Shown: piece by piece, positions 26,314 through 35,688 of the stretch
Numbering within the stretch: position 1 is the first letter of the stretch
Layout: the number at the start of each line of letters is the position of its first letter
Assembly (NCBI GenBank): GCA_963700145.1
Contig: OY969474.1
Coordinates: forward strand, 1,216,001-1,280,000
Direction of reading: 5' to 3'
Length of the DNA: 64,000 nt
From: an uncultured Acidobacteriota bacterium
Lineage (GTDB): Bacteria > Acidobacteriota > Thermoanaerobaculia > Multivoradales > UBA5704
Made by a program: the position numbers and the translations under genes
The notes under the pieces: model-generated
Database searches by the model: none
Seen by the model: only the letters and a program-made list of their open reading frames with translations
What the model was told of the DNA's origin: nothing

Positions 26314-28463
26314 GAGGGGCCGCCGACGCGGAACGGCGCCGAGGCGCTGAGCCTCCCCCCTTGCGGCTCGACCAGCGTCACCTGCAACCGGTAGGCGCCG
26401 GGGGCGAGGCCTTCCGGCCGGAAGGTGGCGAGCACGCGGTCGAGGCCGTCGCCGGCGGTGACCCTGCCGAGGCCGGTCAGGACGCCGCCCGCCACCGGCT
26501 GGCCGTCGGCTGCGAGCACCCGCCCGCTGACCCGCAGATCGCCGGTCGCCAGGTGGTAGCCGGCGACGAAGAGGCGCACCTCCTCGCCGGCGGCCAGCTT
26601 CGGGTCGGCCTCGGGCACGAACGGCTGCTCGCCGAGCCGGAAGGGGTAGCCGGTGCCGGCCGCGTCGGCGCCCGCCTCGCGCACCGTCAGCGCGGAGTCG
26701 CCGCCGGCGACGAAGAAGGGGGGCAGCAGGCGCTTGGCGACGCGCTGCGGAGTGGGCACGACGAGCGGGATGACGTCGAGGGTCGTCTTGCCGCTGGCGC
26801 CGCCGCGCACCAGGAGGCGCAGCTCATGCTCGCCGGGCGGCAGCCGCAGGTCGCCGACGAAGCGCACGCCGGCGGCGCCGGCCGCGGCCGCCCGCTCGGG
26901 GTCGAGCCGGAGCTGCTGCGCGAAGAAGTCCTGCACCCGTCCCTCGCCGTCGAAGGCGTAGGCGTAGAGCTCGAGGGCCGCGCCCTCGGCCGTCGTCTCG
27001 GCGGCGAGCGCCGCGCCGTCGATCTCGACGACGACCGGCACGTAGCCGCGCTCCTCCGTCCCCTCGAACGGGGTGGCGAGGACCGCCACCGGGATCTCGG
27101 CGCGCTCCTCCCCCGCCACCACGAGGTCGGCGGCGGCGAAGCGGCGTTCCACCCCCTGCCGCTGCGACGCCGGGGTCGGCGCGTGCCAGCCGGCACGGTG
27201 GACGACGCGGGCGCCGCGCGGCGCGCCCTTGAGCTCCACCCGCAGCTTGCGGAAGGCGCCGTCGGCGGGCACGTCGTCGGCCGGGAAGCTGAGGAGGTAG
27301 GTCTGGCTGCTCGCCGCGAGCATCCTCTCCATCGCCTCGCCCAGCCTGTTGGTATTGTTGAAGTAGGTGCCGCCGGTCTGGTTGGCGACGTAGAAAAGCC
27401 CCTCCTCGCCGACCCCTCCGCGACCGACGCCGGCCGTCTCGACGGAGTGGATGACCCACCCGGAGCGGCGGAACTCCTCGAGCATGCGGTTGAGGTCGTT
27501 GAGAGCGCGGGAGTTGCCGTAGAGGGTGCCGCCCACCCCGGCGCTGGCGGACCGCTCGTTTCGCTGCCCCATCATCACGTCGTCGTCGAAGCCTTCGGAG
27601 AAAAAGACCAGCGTCTTGCGCCCCTCGACCTCGCGCAGCATGCGCGCGAGCGCGCCGAGGTCTTCGGTCATCGCTCCGACCTTGCCGCGCTTCGCCTCCG
27701 CGATGTGCGGGTTCATGATGGCCGCCATGTGGCCGAGGGCGTTGGCCAGGAGGTCGAGGGCTTGGGGGCCCATCTGGAGGGAGATCCAGGACAGCGCCTC
27801 TCCCGAGAGCGCCACGTCGACCCCCGCCAGGCTGCCGAGACCGTGGACCAGGGACGGGAAGTCGGCCGCGGCGAGCCCCAGCGGGTCCTTGCCGCGCGCC
27901 TCCTGCGCCTGCCGGCGCTGGCGCTCGGCGGCCGCGACGTCGCCGCGCAGGAGCACGGCGAGGGCGTCGAGGACGCGCTCCACCTGCCGCCGGTCGGAGG
28001 TGAAGCCGACCGGCATTGCCAGCCCGCGCGTCGGGCTGTAGAGGGCGACGCCCACCAGGTCCTGCGGGTGGAGGCCTCGCGCCAGGAGGTCGCGCGCGGC
28101 GGTCTCGGCCCTCTCCAGCGACTGCCGGTTGGAGAAGGCGAGGTCGAAGAGGAGGAGGAAGTTGCGCCGGGCGGCGGTGGGCACCCGCGGCGGGCGCCCT
28201 CCGGGCGCGGCCGGAGCCGCCAGGTCCACCACCTCGAAGGAGGTGATCGGGCGGCGCACCTCGCCGTCCCAGACCTCGAAGTTCTCGGCCGTGAGGCCGC
28301 TCACCGGCTTGCCGTCCTTGACCACCTGCACCGGGACCTCGACCACGACGACCGAGGTCTGGTCCTGGAACTTCTCCTGCGCCGCGGTGGCGCCCGGCCC
28401 CAGCACGGGCAGGACCATCAGCGCGACGACGGGGACAAGGAAAGACGACAAACGACGCCTCAC
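26310..28463 (-). CDS. Acidobacterial-type VWA domain protein, secreted (paralogue 2)
   Basis: Same motif set; GTG overlaps the upstream stop. Confidence 0.88.
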   Translation of the reverse strand: MRRRLSSFLVPVVALMVLPVLGPGATAAQEKFQDQTSVVVVEVPVQVVKDGKPVSGLTAENFEVWDGEVRRPITSFEVVDLAAPAAPGGRPPRVPTAARRNFLLLFDLAFSNRQSLERAETAARDLLARGLHPQDLVGVALYSPTRGLAMPVGFTSDRRQVERVLDALAVLLRGDVAAAERQRRQAQEARGKDPLGLAAADFPSLVHGLGSLAGVDVALSGEALSWISLQMGPQALDLLANALGHMAAIMNPHIAEAKRGKVGAMTEDLGALARMLREVEGRKTLVFFSEGFDDDVMMGQRNERSASAGVGGTLYGNSRALNDLNRMLEEFRRSGWVIHSVETAGVGRGGVGEEGLFYVANQTGGTYFNNTNRLGEAMERMLAASSQTYLLSFPADDVPADGAFRKLRVELKGAPRGARVVHRAGWHAPTPASQRQGVERRFAAADLVVAGEERAEIPVAVLATPFEGTEERGYVPVVVEIDGAALAAETTAEGAALELYAYAFDGEGRVQDFFAQQLRLDPERAAAAGAAGVRFVGDLRLPPGEHELRLLVRGGASGKTTLDVIPLVVPTPQRVAKRLLPPFFVAGGDSALTVREAGADAAGTGYPFRLGEQPFVPEADPKLAAGEEVRLFVAGYHLATGDLRVSGRVLAADGQPVAGGVLTGLGRVTAGDGLDRVLATFRPEGLAPGAYRLQVTLVEPQGGRLSASAPFRVGGPS

Positions 28464-30628
28464 GAGGGGCCTCCAGAGACGCGGAAGGGTGCCGAGGCGG
28501 TCAAGGCACCCCCTCGCGGTTCGATGAGAGTCACGACGAGCCGATAGGCGCCCGGCGCCAGCCCCTCCGGGCGGAAGGTGGCGAGGACGCGGTCGAGGCC
28601 GTCGCCGGCGGTGACCCGGCCGAGGCCGGTCAAGACGCCGCCCGCCACCTCCTTGCCGTCGGCCCCCAGCACCTTGCCGCGCAGCCGCAGGTCGCCGGTG
28701 GCCAGCTGGTAGCCGGCGAGGAAGAGGCGCACGTCCTCGCCCGCCGCGAGCAACGGGTCTGGCTCGGGCACGAACGGCTGCTCGCCGAGCCGGAAGGGGT
28801 AGGCGTCGTCGGCCGGCGCGGCAGCGGCCTCGCGCACCGTCAGCGCCGCGCCGTCACCGGCGATGAAGAAAGGCTGCAGCAGGCGCTTGGCGATCCGCTC
28901 CGGGCTGGGGACGGTGAGCGGCACGACGCGCAGCGTCGTCTTGCCGGTGGCGCCGCCGCGCACCAGCAGGCGCAGCACGTGCTCCCCGGGCGGGAGCTGC
29001 AAGTCGCCGACGAAGCGGAGGCCGCCGGCCGTTGCCGTGGCGGTGCGCTCGGCGTCGAGCTGGAGCTGCTGGGCGAAGAAGTCCTGCACCCGCCCCTCGC
29101 CGTCGAAGGCGTAGGCGTAGAGCTCGAGGGCCGCGGTGTCGCCGCTCTTTTCGGCGGCTACCGCCGGCCCCGCCACCTCGATCACCACCGGCACGTAGCC
29201 GCGCTCCTCGGCGCCGGTGAAGGGCGTGGCCAGCACCGCCAGCGGGATCTCCGAGCGCTCCTCGCCGGAGACGATCAGCTCGGCGGCGCGGAAGCGGCGC
29301 TCGCCGACGCTGCGGCGCTCCGCGGCGAGCGGCGCGTAGTAGCCGGCGCGGTGGGTCAGGCGGGCGCCGCGCGGCGCCCCCTTGAGCTCCACCCGCAGCT
29401 GGTGGAAGGCGCCGTCCGGCGGCACCTCGTCGGCCTGGAAGGTGAGGACGTAGGTCAGACGGCTGGCCTGGAGCATCCGCTCCATCGCCTCGCCGAGATT
29501 GTTGGTCTGACGGAAGAAGGTGCCGCCGGTCTCGTTGGCCAGGTAGGCGAGGCCTTCGCTGCCGACCCCGGTCTCGTCCCAGTTGCCGGACAGGCCGAAG
29601 GACTCGACGGTGTGGATCACCCAGCCGGCGCGGCGGAACTCCTCGACCATGAGGAAGAGGTCCTTGAGCATCTGCGCGTTGCCCAGGAGCTGCCCGTTGT
29701 TGAGCCCGCCGACCTGGTTGCGGGCCTCGTCGCCGAGCATCAGCGCGTCGTCGAAGCCGTCGGAGAAGTAGACCAGGGCCTTCCGCCCCTCGACGTCGCG
29801 GGTGGCGCGCGCGATGTCGGTGAAGGTGTCGGTGAAGGCGCGCACCTGGCCGCGGCGGGACTCGTTGAGGAACGGGGTGTGGATGGCGTCCATGCCGGCC
29901 AGGGCCTCGAGGAGCAGCCCGGCGCCGCGGCCGGCCATCGCGTCCGAGACCCAGGTCAGCGCCTCGCCGGCGGCGCTGATCTCGATGCCCGCCAGCCGGC
30001 TGATGCCGTTGACGACGGCGGTGGCGTCGGCGGCGGTCAGGCCCAGCGGATCGCGCGCGCCCTGCTGCGCCGCTTCGGCCTGCAAGCGGGCGGCGGCCTC
30101 GCGGTCGCGGCGGAAGAGGGCGGCGATGGCGTCGAGCACGCGCTCCACCTGCCGGCGGTCGGAGGTGAAGCCGACCGGCAGGACGACGCCGCGCTGCGAG
30201 GTGTAGAGCGCCACCCCCACCAGGTCCTGCGGGTGGAGGCCGCTGGCGAGGAGCTCGCGCGCGCCGCGCTCGGCGCGATCGAGCGAGCGGTGGCTGGTGA
30301 AGGCGAGGTCAAAGAGCAGGAGGATGTTGCGCCGGGCGACCGGAGGGACCGGCGCCGGTGCGGCGGCCTCACCGGGGGCCGTCGCGCCGAGGTCCACGAT
30401 CTCGAAACCGGTGATCGGACGCGGCGCTTTGCCCTCGAAGATCGCGAAGTTGGCGGCGGTCAGGCCGCGCACCGGCTGGCCGTCCTTGACCACCTCGACC
30501 GGCACCTCGACGACGACGACCGAGGTCTCGTCGCGGAAGGTGTCGGTCTGCGGTGCGGCGGGGGCGGCGAGGGCGAGCAGGAGAGAGGCGGCGATCGGGG
30601 CGCGGAAAATAGACCTGCAGCCAAGCAT
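28460..30628 (-). CDS. Acidobacterial-type VWA domain protein, secreted (paralogue 1)
   Basis: ATG at 30628 after GGAGG; same motif set. Confidence 0.88.
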   Translation of the reverse strand: MLGCRSIFRAPIAASLLLALAAPAAPQTDTFRDETSVVVVEVPVEVVKDGQPVRGLTAANFAIFEGKAPRPITGFEIVDLGATAPGEAAAPAPVPPVARRNILLLFDLAFTSHRSLDRAERGARELLASGLHPQDLVGVALYTSQRGVVLPVGFTSDRRQVERVLDAIAALFRRDREAAARLQAEAAQQGARDPLGLTAADATAVVNGISRLAGIEISAAGEALTWVSDAMAGRGAGLLLEALAGMDAIHTPFLNESRRGQVRAFTDTFTDIARATRDVEGRKALVYFSDGFDDALMLGDEARNQVGGLNNGQLLGNAQMLKDLFLMVEEFRRAGWVIHTVESFGLSGNWDETGVGSEGLAYLANETGGTFFRQTNNLGEAMERMLQASRLTYVLTFQADEVPPDGAFHQLRVELKGAPRGARLTHRAGYYAPLAAERRSVGERRFRAAELIVSGEERSEIPLAVLATPFTGAEERGYVPVVIEVAGPAVAAEKSGDTAALELYAYAFDGEGRVQDFFAQQLQLDAERTATATAGGLRFVGDLQLPPGEHVLRLLVRGGATGKTTLRVVPLTVPSPERIAKRLLQPFFIAGDGAALTVREAAAAPADDAYPFRLGEQPFVPEPDPLLAAGEDVRLFLAGYQLATGDLRLRGKVLGADGKEVAGGVLTGLGRVTAGDGLDRVLATFRPEGLAPGAYRLVVTLIEPRGGALTASAPFRVSGGPS

Positions 30629-30776
30629 TGAACCCTCCAGGATCAACGGATCTCTAACGTGGAGCCTAGCAAGCCGGCTGCCACCGGCGCAGGGTTCATG
30701 GAATCAGTGACTTCCGCCCCGCGGCGCGCTGCGCGAGCACCCCTGCCGTCCTCGCCCGCGGACTCGCCTGTCCACG

Positions 30777-33041
30777 CTACCTGCTCGCCAGCTTCTCCTC
30801 CAGGTACGCGACCGCCCGCTCCAGCACCTCGTCGCGGCCGGCGCGCAGGCCGGCCAGGGTGGGCGCGGCCGGCACGTCCGGCTGGAGGCCGAGCCGCTGC
30901 AGCTGCCGGCCGTCGGCGTGGCGCACGTCGTGGCCGGTGAAGGAGACCCGGATGCCGCCGGGGAGCGCGAAGTTGGTGACGTCGCCGTTGGCGCCGGCGG
31001 TGGGCTCGCCGACGAAGACGGTGCCGGACGCCGCTTCCAGGAAGAGCCCGGTGTGCTCGGCCTGGCTGATCGCCCGCTCGTCGATCAGCATCACCGTCTC
31101 GCCCTGATAGACCCAGTCCCCCTCCGCCGTCTCGGGGACCGGCTGGGCGAAGTAGTACCCCGCGTCGGCCAGCCCGAAGGCGTCGGCGCTCACCTCGCGG
31201 CGGCGGAAGAGCGCCGCCACCTTGGCGCCGCGCCGGTTGAGGCGCGGCGCCAGCGCCCAGGCGGTGCCGTTGGGGTAGCCGCGCATGTCGAAGACGAGCG
31301 CCGAGGTGTCGCGCAGCTCGTCGAGCATCGCGCCCACTTGCTCGACCTCCAGCCACTGCAGGTCGACGTAGCCGATGCGCGGCGTCAGGCGCCGCCAGGG
31401 CTTCCCCGCCGGCGGCGCCGGCCGCCAGTCGGTGCCGCGCTTCACCTCGACCCGCCGCCGCGCGCCGTCCGCCTCCTCGACCTCCAACACCGCGGTCGAG
31501 TCGGGCGGCCCGGCGAGCGCCCGCCGCGCCGCCCGCACCCGCCGCGTGGTCTCGGTCGAAGCGGTGGTGAGCGGCAGGAGCCGCTCCATCCGCGCCGCCA
31601 GCGGCTCGCCGTCCACCGCCAGCACGACGTCGCCCGGGCGCAGACCGGAGACCGCGGGATCGACCGTGATGACCGTCACCCGGCCTTCGATCAGCCGCAC
31701 GTCCACCGGCGGCCGGGCGGGGCCGCCCTCGAGACGCGCGATCGCGGGGTGCCCCGAGACGCGGGTGTGGCCGTCGGCGACGTGCGCCATCAGCTCCAGC
31801 ACGGCGCGCGCGTAGGCCTCCTGGCCCTCGGCCGCCGCGAAGGTCGGGAGGGCGGCGAGGAAGGCGGCGTCCCAGTCGTCGATCAGCTCGAGATAGGGGT
31901 AGAAGTGCTGGATCACCCCCCAGGCCCGGCAGGCGGCGAGGAGCCGCATGCCGAGGGGCGGCGCCAGCATCTCCGGGTAGTCCGCCGCGGGGCGGTCGGC
32001 CGCCGGGGCGGCGGCGGCCGGGACGCTCGCGGCGGGCGCCGGCCAGGGCCCGGCCAGGAGCCGCTGCGCCACGCGTACCGCCGCCTCGGGGTCCCGCGCC
32101 TCCGCCGGCGTCAGGACGACGTCGGCGGCCGGCGGCGGCCCGCTGGGGAAGAGCAGATCGCCGGTGCGCACCCAGGCCCGCAATCCCTCGCCGAGATCGA
32201 CGACGATGCGCTCGGCGCCGCCGTGCGCCGCCGCGGCGCCCTCGCTCACCACCTTGGCGAGCCCGGCCGCCTGCAGCGCCAAGGCCATCTCGGGAAGCTC
32301 CGAATGCGCGTCGGTAAGGAGCACGAGCCGCCAGGCGCCGCCGGCGCCCGACGGCCGGTAGTCGGCCGCCCCCGAGGTCACCAGCCCCGAACGGTAGCCG
32401 CCGGAGGTGCTGCCCCGGTGCGGCGTGTAGCCCCAGTGCACGAGCCAGCGCCGGGCGGGTCCCGGCACTGCGCGCGGCACGAGCTGCGGCGCGGCCCACT
32501 CGACGGCATACGAGCCCCAGAAGTTGGGCTCGCCGAAGCGGAGGTCGAGGATCACCCCCTTGGCCGCGGGGAGCTTCTCGTCGAGCGCCGCCTCGGCCAG
32601 CGCGGCGACCATGCCGCGTGCCTGCCGCACCGACGGCAGGTCGACGAGGAGCACGCCGTTCCCCAACTCGCGCAGCAACGGCCGCTCGGGCGCTGGCACC
32701 GGCGCCGGCTCTGCGCCGGCGCTCACTTCGGCCGCGGGCTCGTCCGGCCCCACGACCTCGGTTGCGGGGTCGCCGAGCGCGCCGAGCATCGCCGCGGCGA
32801 CCTCGCGGTAGCGCGCGGTGGGCGCGGTGCCGTCGATCGCCGCCGCCGCCGCGGCGAAGGCCGCGTCCCAGTCCCGCTCGCTCTGCCAGAGCCCGGGGTG
32901 CAGGTACTCGGCCGCCGTCCAGGCGCGGCAGAGCCCCGCGATCCGCTGCCACCGGCGGTCGGCGGGAGCGCTCTCCTCGCCGCGCAGCGGCGGCGCGGCG
33001 AGCGCGGCGAGGAGGCAGACGAGAACGGCGCGGTGCATCAA
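30777..33041 (-). CDS. S41 family peptidase (PDZ plus tail-specific protease) with a second S41-like N-terminal region
   Basis: Signal peptide; VFDMRGYPNG, AISQAEH (catalytic Ser), VGEPTAGANG and GLQPD motifs; PDZ-like GLRPGDVVLAVDG. Confidence 0.9.
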   Translation of the reverse strand: MMHRAVLVCLLAALAAPPLRGEESAPADRRWQRIAGLCRAWTAAEYLHPGLWQSERDWDAAFAAAAAAIDGTAPTARYREVAAAMLGALGDPATEVVGPDEPAAEVSAGAEPAPVPAPERPLLRELGNGVLLVDLPSVRQARGMVAALAEAALDEKLPAAKGVILDLRFGEPNFWGSYAVEWAAPQLVPRAVPGPARRWLVHWGYTPHRGSTSGGYRSGLVTSGAADYRPSGAGGAWRLVLLTDAHSELPEMALALQAAGLAKVVSEGAAAAHGGAERIVVDLGEGLRAWVRTGDLLFPSGPPPAADVVLTPAEARDPEAAVRVAQRLLAGPWPAPAASVPAAAAPAADRPAADYPEMLAPPLGMRLLAACRAWGVIQHFYPYLELIDDWDAAFLAALPTFAAAEGQEAYARAVLELMAHVADGHTRVSGHPAIARLEGGPARPPVDVRLIEGRVTVITVDPAVSGLRPGDVVLAVDGEPLAARMERLLPLTTASTETTRRVRAARRALAGPPDSTAVLEVEEADGARRRVEVKRGTDWRPAPPAGKPWRRLTPRIGYVDLQWLEVEQVGAMLDELRDTSALVFDMRGYPNGTAWALAPRLNRRGAKVAALFRRREVSADAFGLADAGYYFAQPVPETAEGDWVYQGETVMLIDERAISQAEHTGLFLEAASGTVFVGEPTAGANGDVTNFALPGGIRVSFTGHDVRHADGRQLQRLGLQPDVPAAPTLAGLRAGRDEVLERAVAYLEEKLASR

Positions 33042-33122
33042 GGCCTCCGGAAAAGAGGCCCAAGGCTAGCGTAGGAGGGGATGAGTGTGCGGCGGCGCGG
33101 AGAGAACGGCGGAAGTCCTGGC

Positions 33123-33266
33123 CTACACGGCAGCGCGGAGCCGGCGCCGCTCGTTGAGCTTGCGCACCAGGTAGACCGCGCCGACAAGCCAGAGCGGCAC
33201 GGTGAAGAAGCCCAGTCGCATCTTCTGGTTCATCAGGCCCTTGACGTTGCGCTTGACTTTGCCCAT
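33123..33266 (-). CDS. 47-aa small membrane protein, below the ORF-track cutoff
   Basis: AAGGAG SD; MGKVKRNVKGLMNQKMRLGFFTVPLWLVGAVYLVRKLNERRRLRAAV; high-GC third positions; sigma54 motif upstream. Confidence 0.75.
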   Translation of the reverse strand: MGKVKRNVKGLMNQKMRLGFFTVPLWLVGAVYLVRKLNERRRLRAAV

Positions 33267-33299
33267 GCGTCGCTCCTTTCGCGTCCGCCCCAGCGAATT

Positions 33300-33315
33300 T
33301 GCAATCAGGGTGCCA
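33300..33315 (-). promoter_or_regulatory. Sigma54 (-24/-12) promoter
   Basis: Reverse strand TGGCAC-CCTGA-TTGCA, a perfect consensus. Confidence 0.75.
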
Positions 33316-33940
33316 CGCGCGGCCGGCGGCGCGGCTCGTCGAGCCCGGCGTAGTCGAGCTCGATGCCGCTCGCCGCGGCGCGCAGCAGGAGCGACCCGCG
33401 GCTCATGTCGCCGAGCCCCGCGAAGCAGCGCGGGAAGCGCAGGCGCTCGCCGAAGAGCGGCAGCAGCAGGTCCACGTACTTGCCGGTCGCGACGCTGCCG
33501 AGGAGCACCGCGCGCCCGCCGCCGAGGCGCCCAGCCAGCGCCGCCGCCTGCGCCACGAGCGGCCGCGCGTAGGCGCGGTTGCGCACGTCGACCGGCGTCC
33601 GTCGCAGCCGCCGCCAGCGCTCGGGAGTCAGCGCCCAGTCCGGCGGCACCAGGCCGAAGCCCGGCGCGATGACGAAGATCCCGCCTTCGGCCGCCAGCTC
33701 GCCCGGCGGCCGCGCGAAGCGGCGGGCGTAGGCGATCTTGCCGCGGAAGTAGAGGGCGGAGAGGAAGCTGAACGCCTCGTCGAGCGGCACGCCCTCGGGG
33801 CCGCGGAAGCGCTCGGCCGCGGCGAAGCGGGCGCGCGGCGAAGCGAGCTGCCGCGCCCGCACGCCCGCGACGCTGGCCGGAGAGAGGAGGAAGACCTGCG
33901 GCGGGAGATCAGCCGCGGCGGGGGGCTCCGGGCCGCTCAT
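33305..33940 (-). CDS. Conserved hypothetical protein
   Basis: VFLLSPA, SFLSALYFRGKIAYA, LLGSVATGKY and GLGDMSRG motifs; coding-like codon usage; function not recognised. Confidence 0.75.
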   Translation of the reverse strand: MSGPEPPAAADLPPQVFLLSPASVAGVRARQLASPRARFAAAERFRGPEGVPLDEAFSFLSALYFRGKIAYARRFARPPGELAAEGGIFVIAPGFGLVPPDWALTPERWRRLRRTPVDVRNRAYARPLVAQAAALAGRLGGGRAVLLGSVATGKYVDLLLPLFGERLRFPRCFAGLGDMSRGSLLLRAAASGIELDYAGLDEPRRRPRVAP

Positions 33941-34232
33941 GCTCGTCTACGAGCGACGCCTCCTCGAGCTGCTCGTCGTCGGTCGGGTGGGCCTCCTCGG
34001 CCACTCCCTTGCCGGCCGCCACGCCCGCCGCGCCGCCGATCATGCCGCCGACCACGGCGCCGGGCGGGCCGCCGACCGCCGCGCCCACCGCCGCGCCGGC
34101 GACCGCGCCGGCCAGGCCGCCGACGCCGCTCGCCACCGGGTGCTGCGGCGGTGCTTCCGGATCGCCGGGGTGGGTGGCCTCCTCGGGGCTTCCGGGCTCG
34201 GGCTCCTCGTCGTGCTCTCTCGCCTCGTCCAT
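33909..34232 (-). CDS. Glycine-zipper small protein
   Basis: AGGAGG SD; HPVASGVGGLAGAVAGAAVGAAVGGPPGAVVGG. Confidence 0.75.
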   Translation of the reverse strand: MDEAREHDEEPEPGSPEEATHPGDPEAPPQHPVASGVGGLAGAVAGAAVGAAVGGPPGAVVGGMIGGAAGVAAGKGVAEEAHPTDDEQLEEASLVDEHERPGAPRRG

Positions 34233-34314
34233 CGCATTCCTCCTGAGGGTCAAGGGCCGAAGACAAGAAGGGGCGGCCGGAGCCGCCCCTCATGGAATTC
34301 GACGGTCTCCGGCG

Positions 34315-34581
34315 TTACGGGCTGGGTGGCTCGTCGTCGTCGTCTTCCGGCGGCATGCTGACGTCGACGTCCGGGACGGTCACCGTGACCTCCTTGGTGC
34401 CGACATCGACGTCCGCGGCGTCCACGTCGTACTCGGGGAGGCTCCCCGGCTCGGCCGAGACATCGACGTCGACCTCGGGCAACTCCCCCTCTTCCGTCTG
34501 CCGCACGCGGCAGGCGGTCGAGGTGACGGTGGCACACAGCACCAGCAACAGCATCAACACTCGCAGCGTGGTCGACTTCAT
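34315..34581 (-). CDS. Acidic small lipoprotein
   Basis: AAGGAGG SD; signal ending STAC; QTEEGELPEVDVDV...LPEYDV...VPDVDV. Confidence 0.8.
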   Translation of the reverse strand: MKSTTLRVLMLLLVLCATVTSTACRVRQTEEGELPEVDVDVSAEPGSLPEYDVDAADVDVGTKEVTVTVPDVDVSMPPEDDDDEPPSP

Positions 34582-34707
34582 CCCGACCTCCTTTCCTCTC
34601 TCGAGATGCGCCCCCGGCCCTGCCCCTGCCGCCGCCTACAGCGATTCCCGAAAAACGTTCTGGGATGGGCGGAAGGTGGGTTCGGTTCGATCTCGCGCCC
34701 GAAAGAG

Positions 34708-34723
34708 TGCAAGGCGCGTTCCA
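34708..34723 (-). promoter_or_regulatory. Sigma54 (-24/-12) promoter
   Basis: Reverse strand TGGAAC-GCGCC-TTGCA upstream of the lipoprotein gene. Confidence 0.65.
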
Positions 34724-34744
34724 GCCCGGCCGGACGGCCGCCGT

Positions 34745-35680
34745 CTACAGGTACGGGTTGCCGATGTCCGCGACCACCTTCCAGCCCCCGTCGGGCTGCT
34801 GGCGCCAGACGGTCAGATAGCGGCCGCGGGCGGCGACCGCGGGCGCGGCGCCCTCGCGCCGCTCGACGAAGTCCCAGGCGCCGATCGTGTAGCCGAGGTC
34901 GCCGGCGGCGGAGGCCTCGGCGACGAGCGGCCGCCAGCGCAGGTCGGTCGCCGGATCGCCGAGCAGCGGCTCCATCTCGCCCCGGATCGCCTCACGGCCA
35001 CGCAGCAGCTTGTCGTTGCCGCCGACTTGGAGGCCGTCGGGCTCGAACCAGGCGATCCACCCCGCGGCGCCGCGCTCCGCGGTGGCCTGGTCGAAGTCGC
35101 GGTCGGCGAGCATGAGCGCCGCGGGCGCGCCCTGGATGATCGCGGTGGTGGGGAGCTGGTCGGCGGCGGGAGCGGCGGGGCGCGCGCCGGAGGGGAGCGC
35201 CGAGCGGGTGTTGATCACCTCGGCGACGACCTGCCAGGGGCCGCCGGCCCGCGGCCGGCGCCAGACCCGGACGTAGAGTCCCGGCTCTTCGATCCGCGCG
35301 GCGCCGGCGGCGCCGTCCGCGCTCAGCCGGTAGCGCCCCCAGGTCCACCCCAGGTCGCCGGAGGCCGCCGCCTGCGCACCTTCCGGCTGCCAGGTGAAGG
35401 CGAAGCCGGGCGCGGCGAAGGCCGGCGCGAGATAGGCGCGGATCGCGGCCTCGCCCGCGAGGTCGGGTGCGCCGAACCGGGAGACGGTGGCGTCCGGGGC
35501 GAAGCCGGCGAGGAAGCCATCGAGCCCGCGCTCCGCGGTGGCGCGTGCCAGCGCGCGGTCGGCTTCGAGCAGCGCGGCATCGCCGGCGGCGGGCGGCGCG
35601 GCCGCGGCGACGGGTCCGTTGGCGAGCGCGGCGGCGGCGAAGAGAGTTAGGCCGAGGAGAGCGAGGGCGAGGGCGCGCAT
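34745..35680 (-). CDS. Secreted protein with two NTF2-like (DUF4440/SnoaL) domains
   Basis: Signal peptide; two copies of ADR.F...G.EAIR...W.P....S..GDLG.T.G...G.Y..VWR....G.W.VVA. Confidence 0.85.
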   Translation of the reverse strand: MRALALALLGLTLFAAAALANGPVAAAAPPAAGDAALLEADRALARATAERGLDGFLAGFAPDATVSRFGAPDLAGEAAIRAYLAPAFAAPGFAFTWQPEGAQAAASGDLGWTWGRYRLSADGAAGAARIEEPGLYVRVWRRPRAGGPWQVVAEVINTRSALPSGARPAAPAADQLPTTAIIQGAPAALMLADRDFDQATAERGAAGWIAWFEPDGLQVGGNDKLLRGREAIRGEMEPLLGDPATDLRWRPLVAEASAAGDLGYTIGAWDFVERREGAAPAVAARGRYLTVWRQQPDGGWKVVADIGNPYL

Positions 35681-35688
35681 GGCGCGCG

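Noticed and set aside
21574-26394. 1606-aa plus-strand ORF and other long ORFs (e.g. 1635-3215, 15413-18526, 30918-33074, 42952-46110 N-part, 53228-55144)
   Set aside because: Antisense or off-frame shadows of well-supported genes; such stop-free frames are expected at this GC content and show no motifs.
21907-30628. Diversity-generating retroelement or shufflon acting on the VWA paralogues
   Set aside because: No reverse transcriptase, recombinase, adenine-specific TR/VR pair or inverted sites seen.
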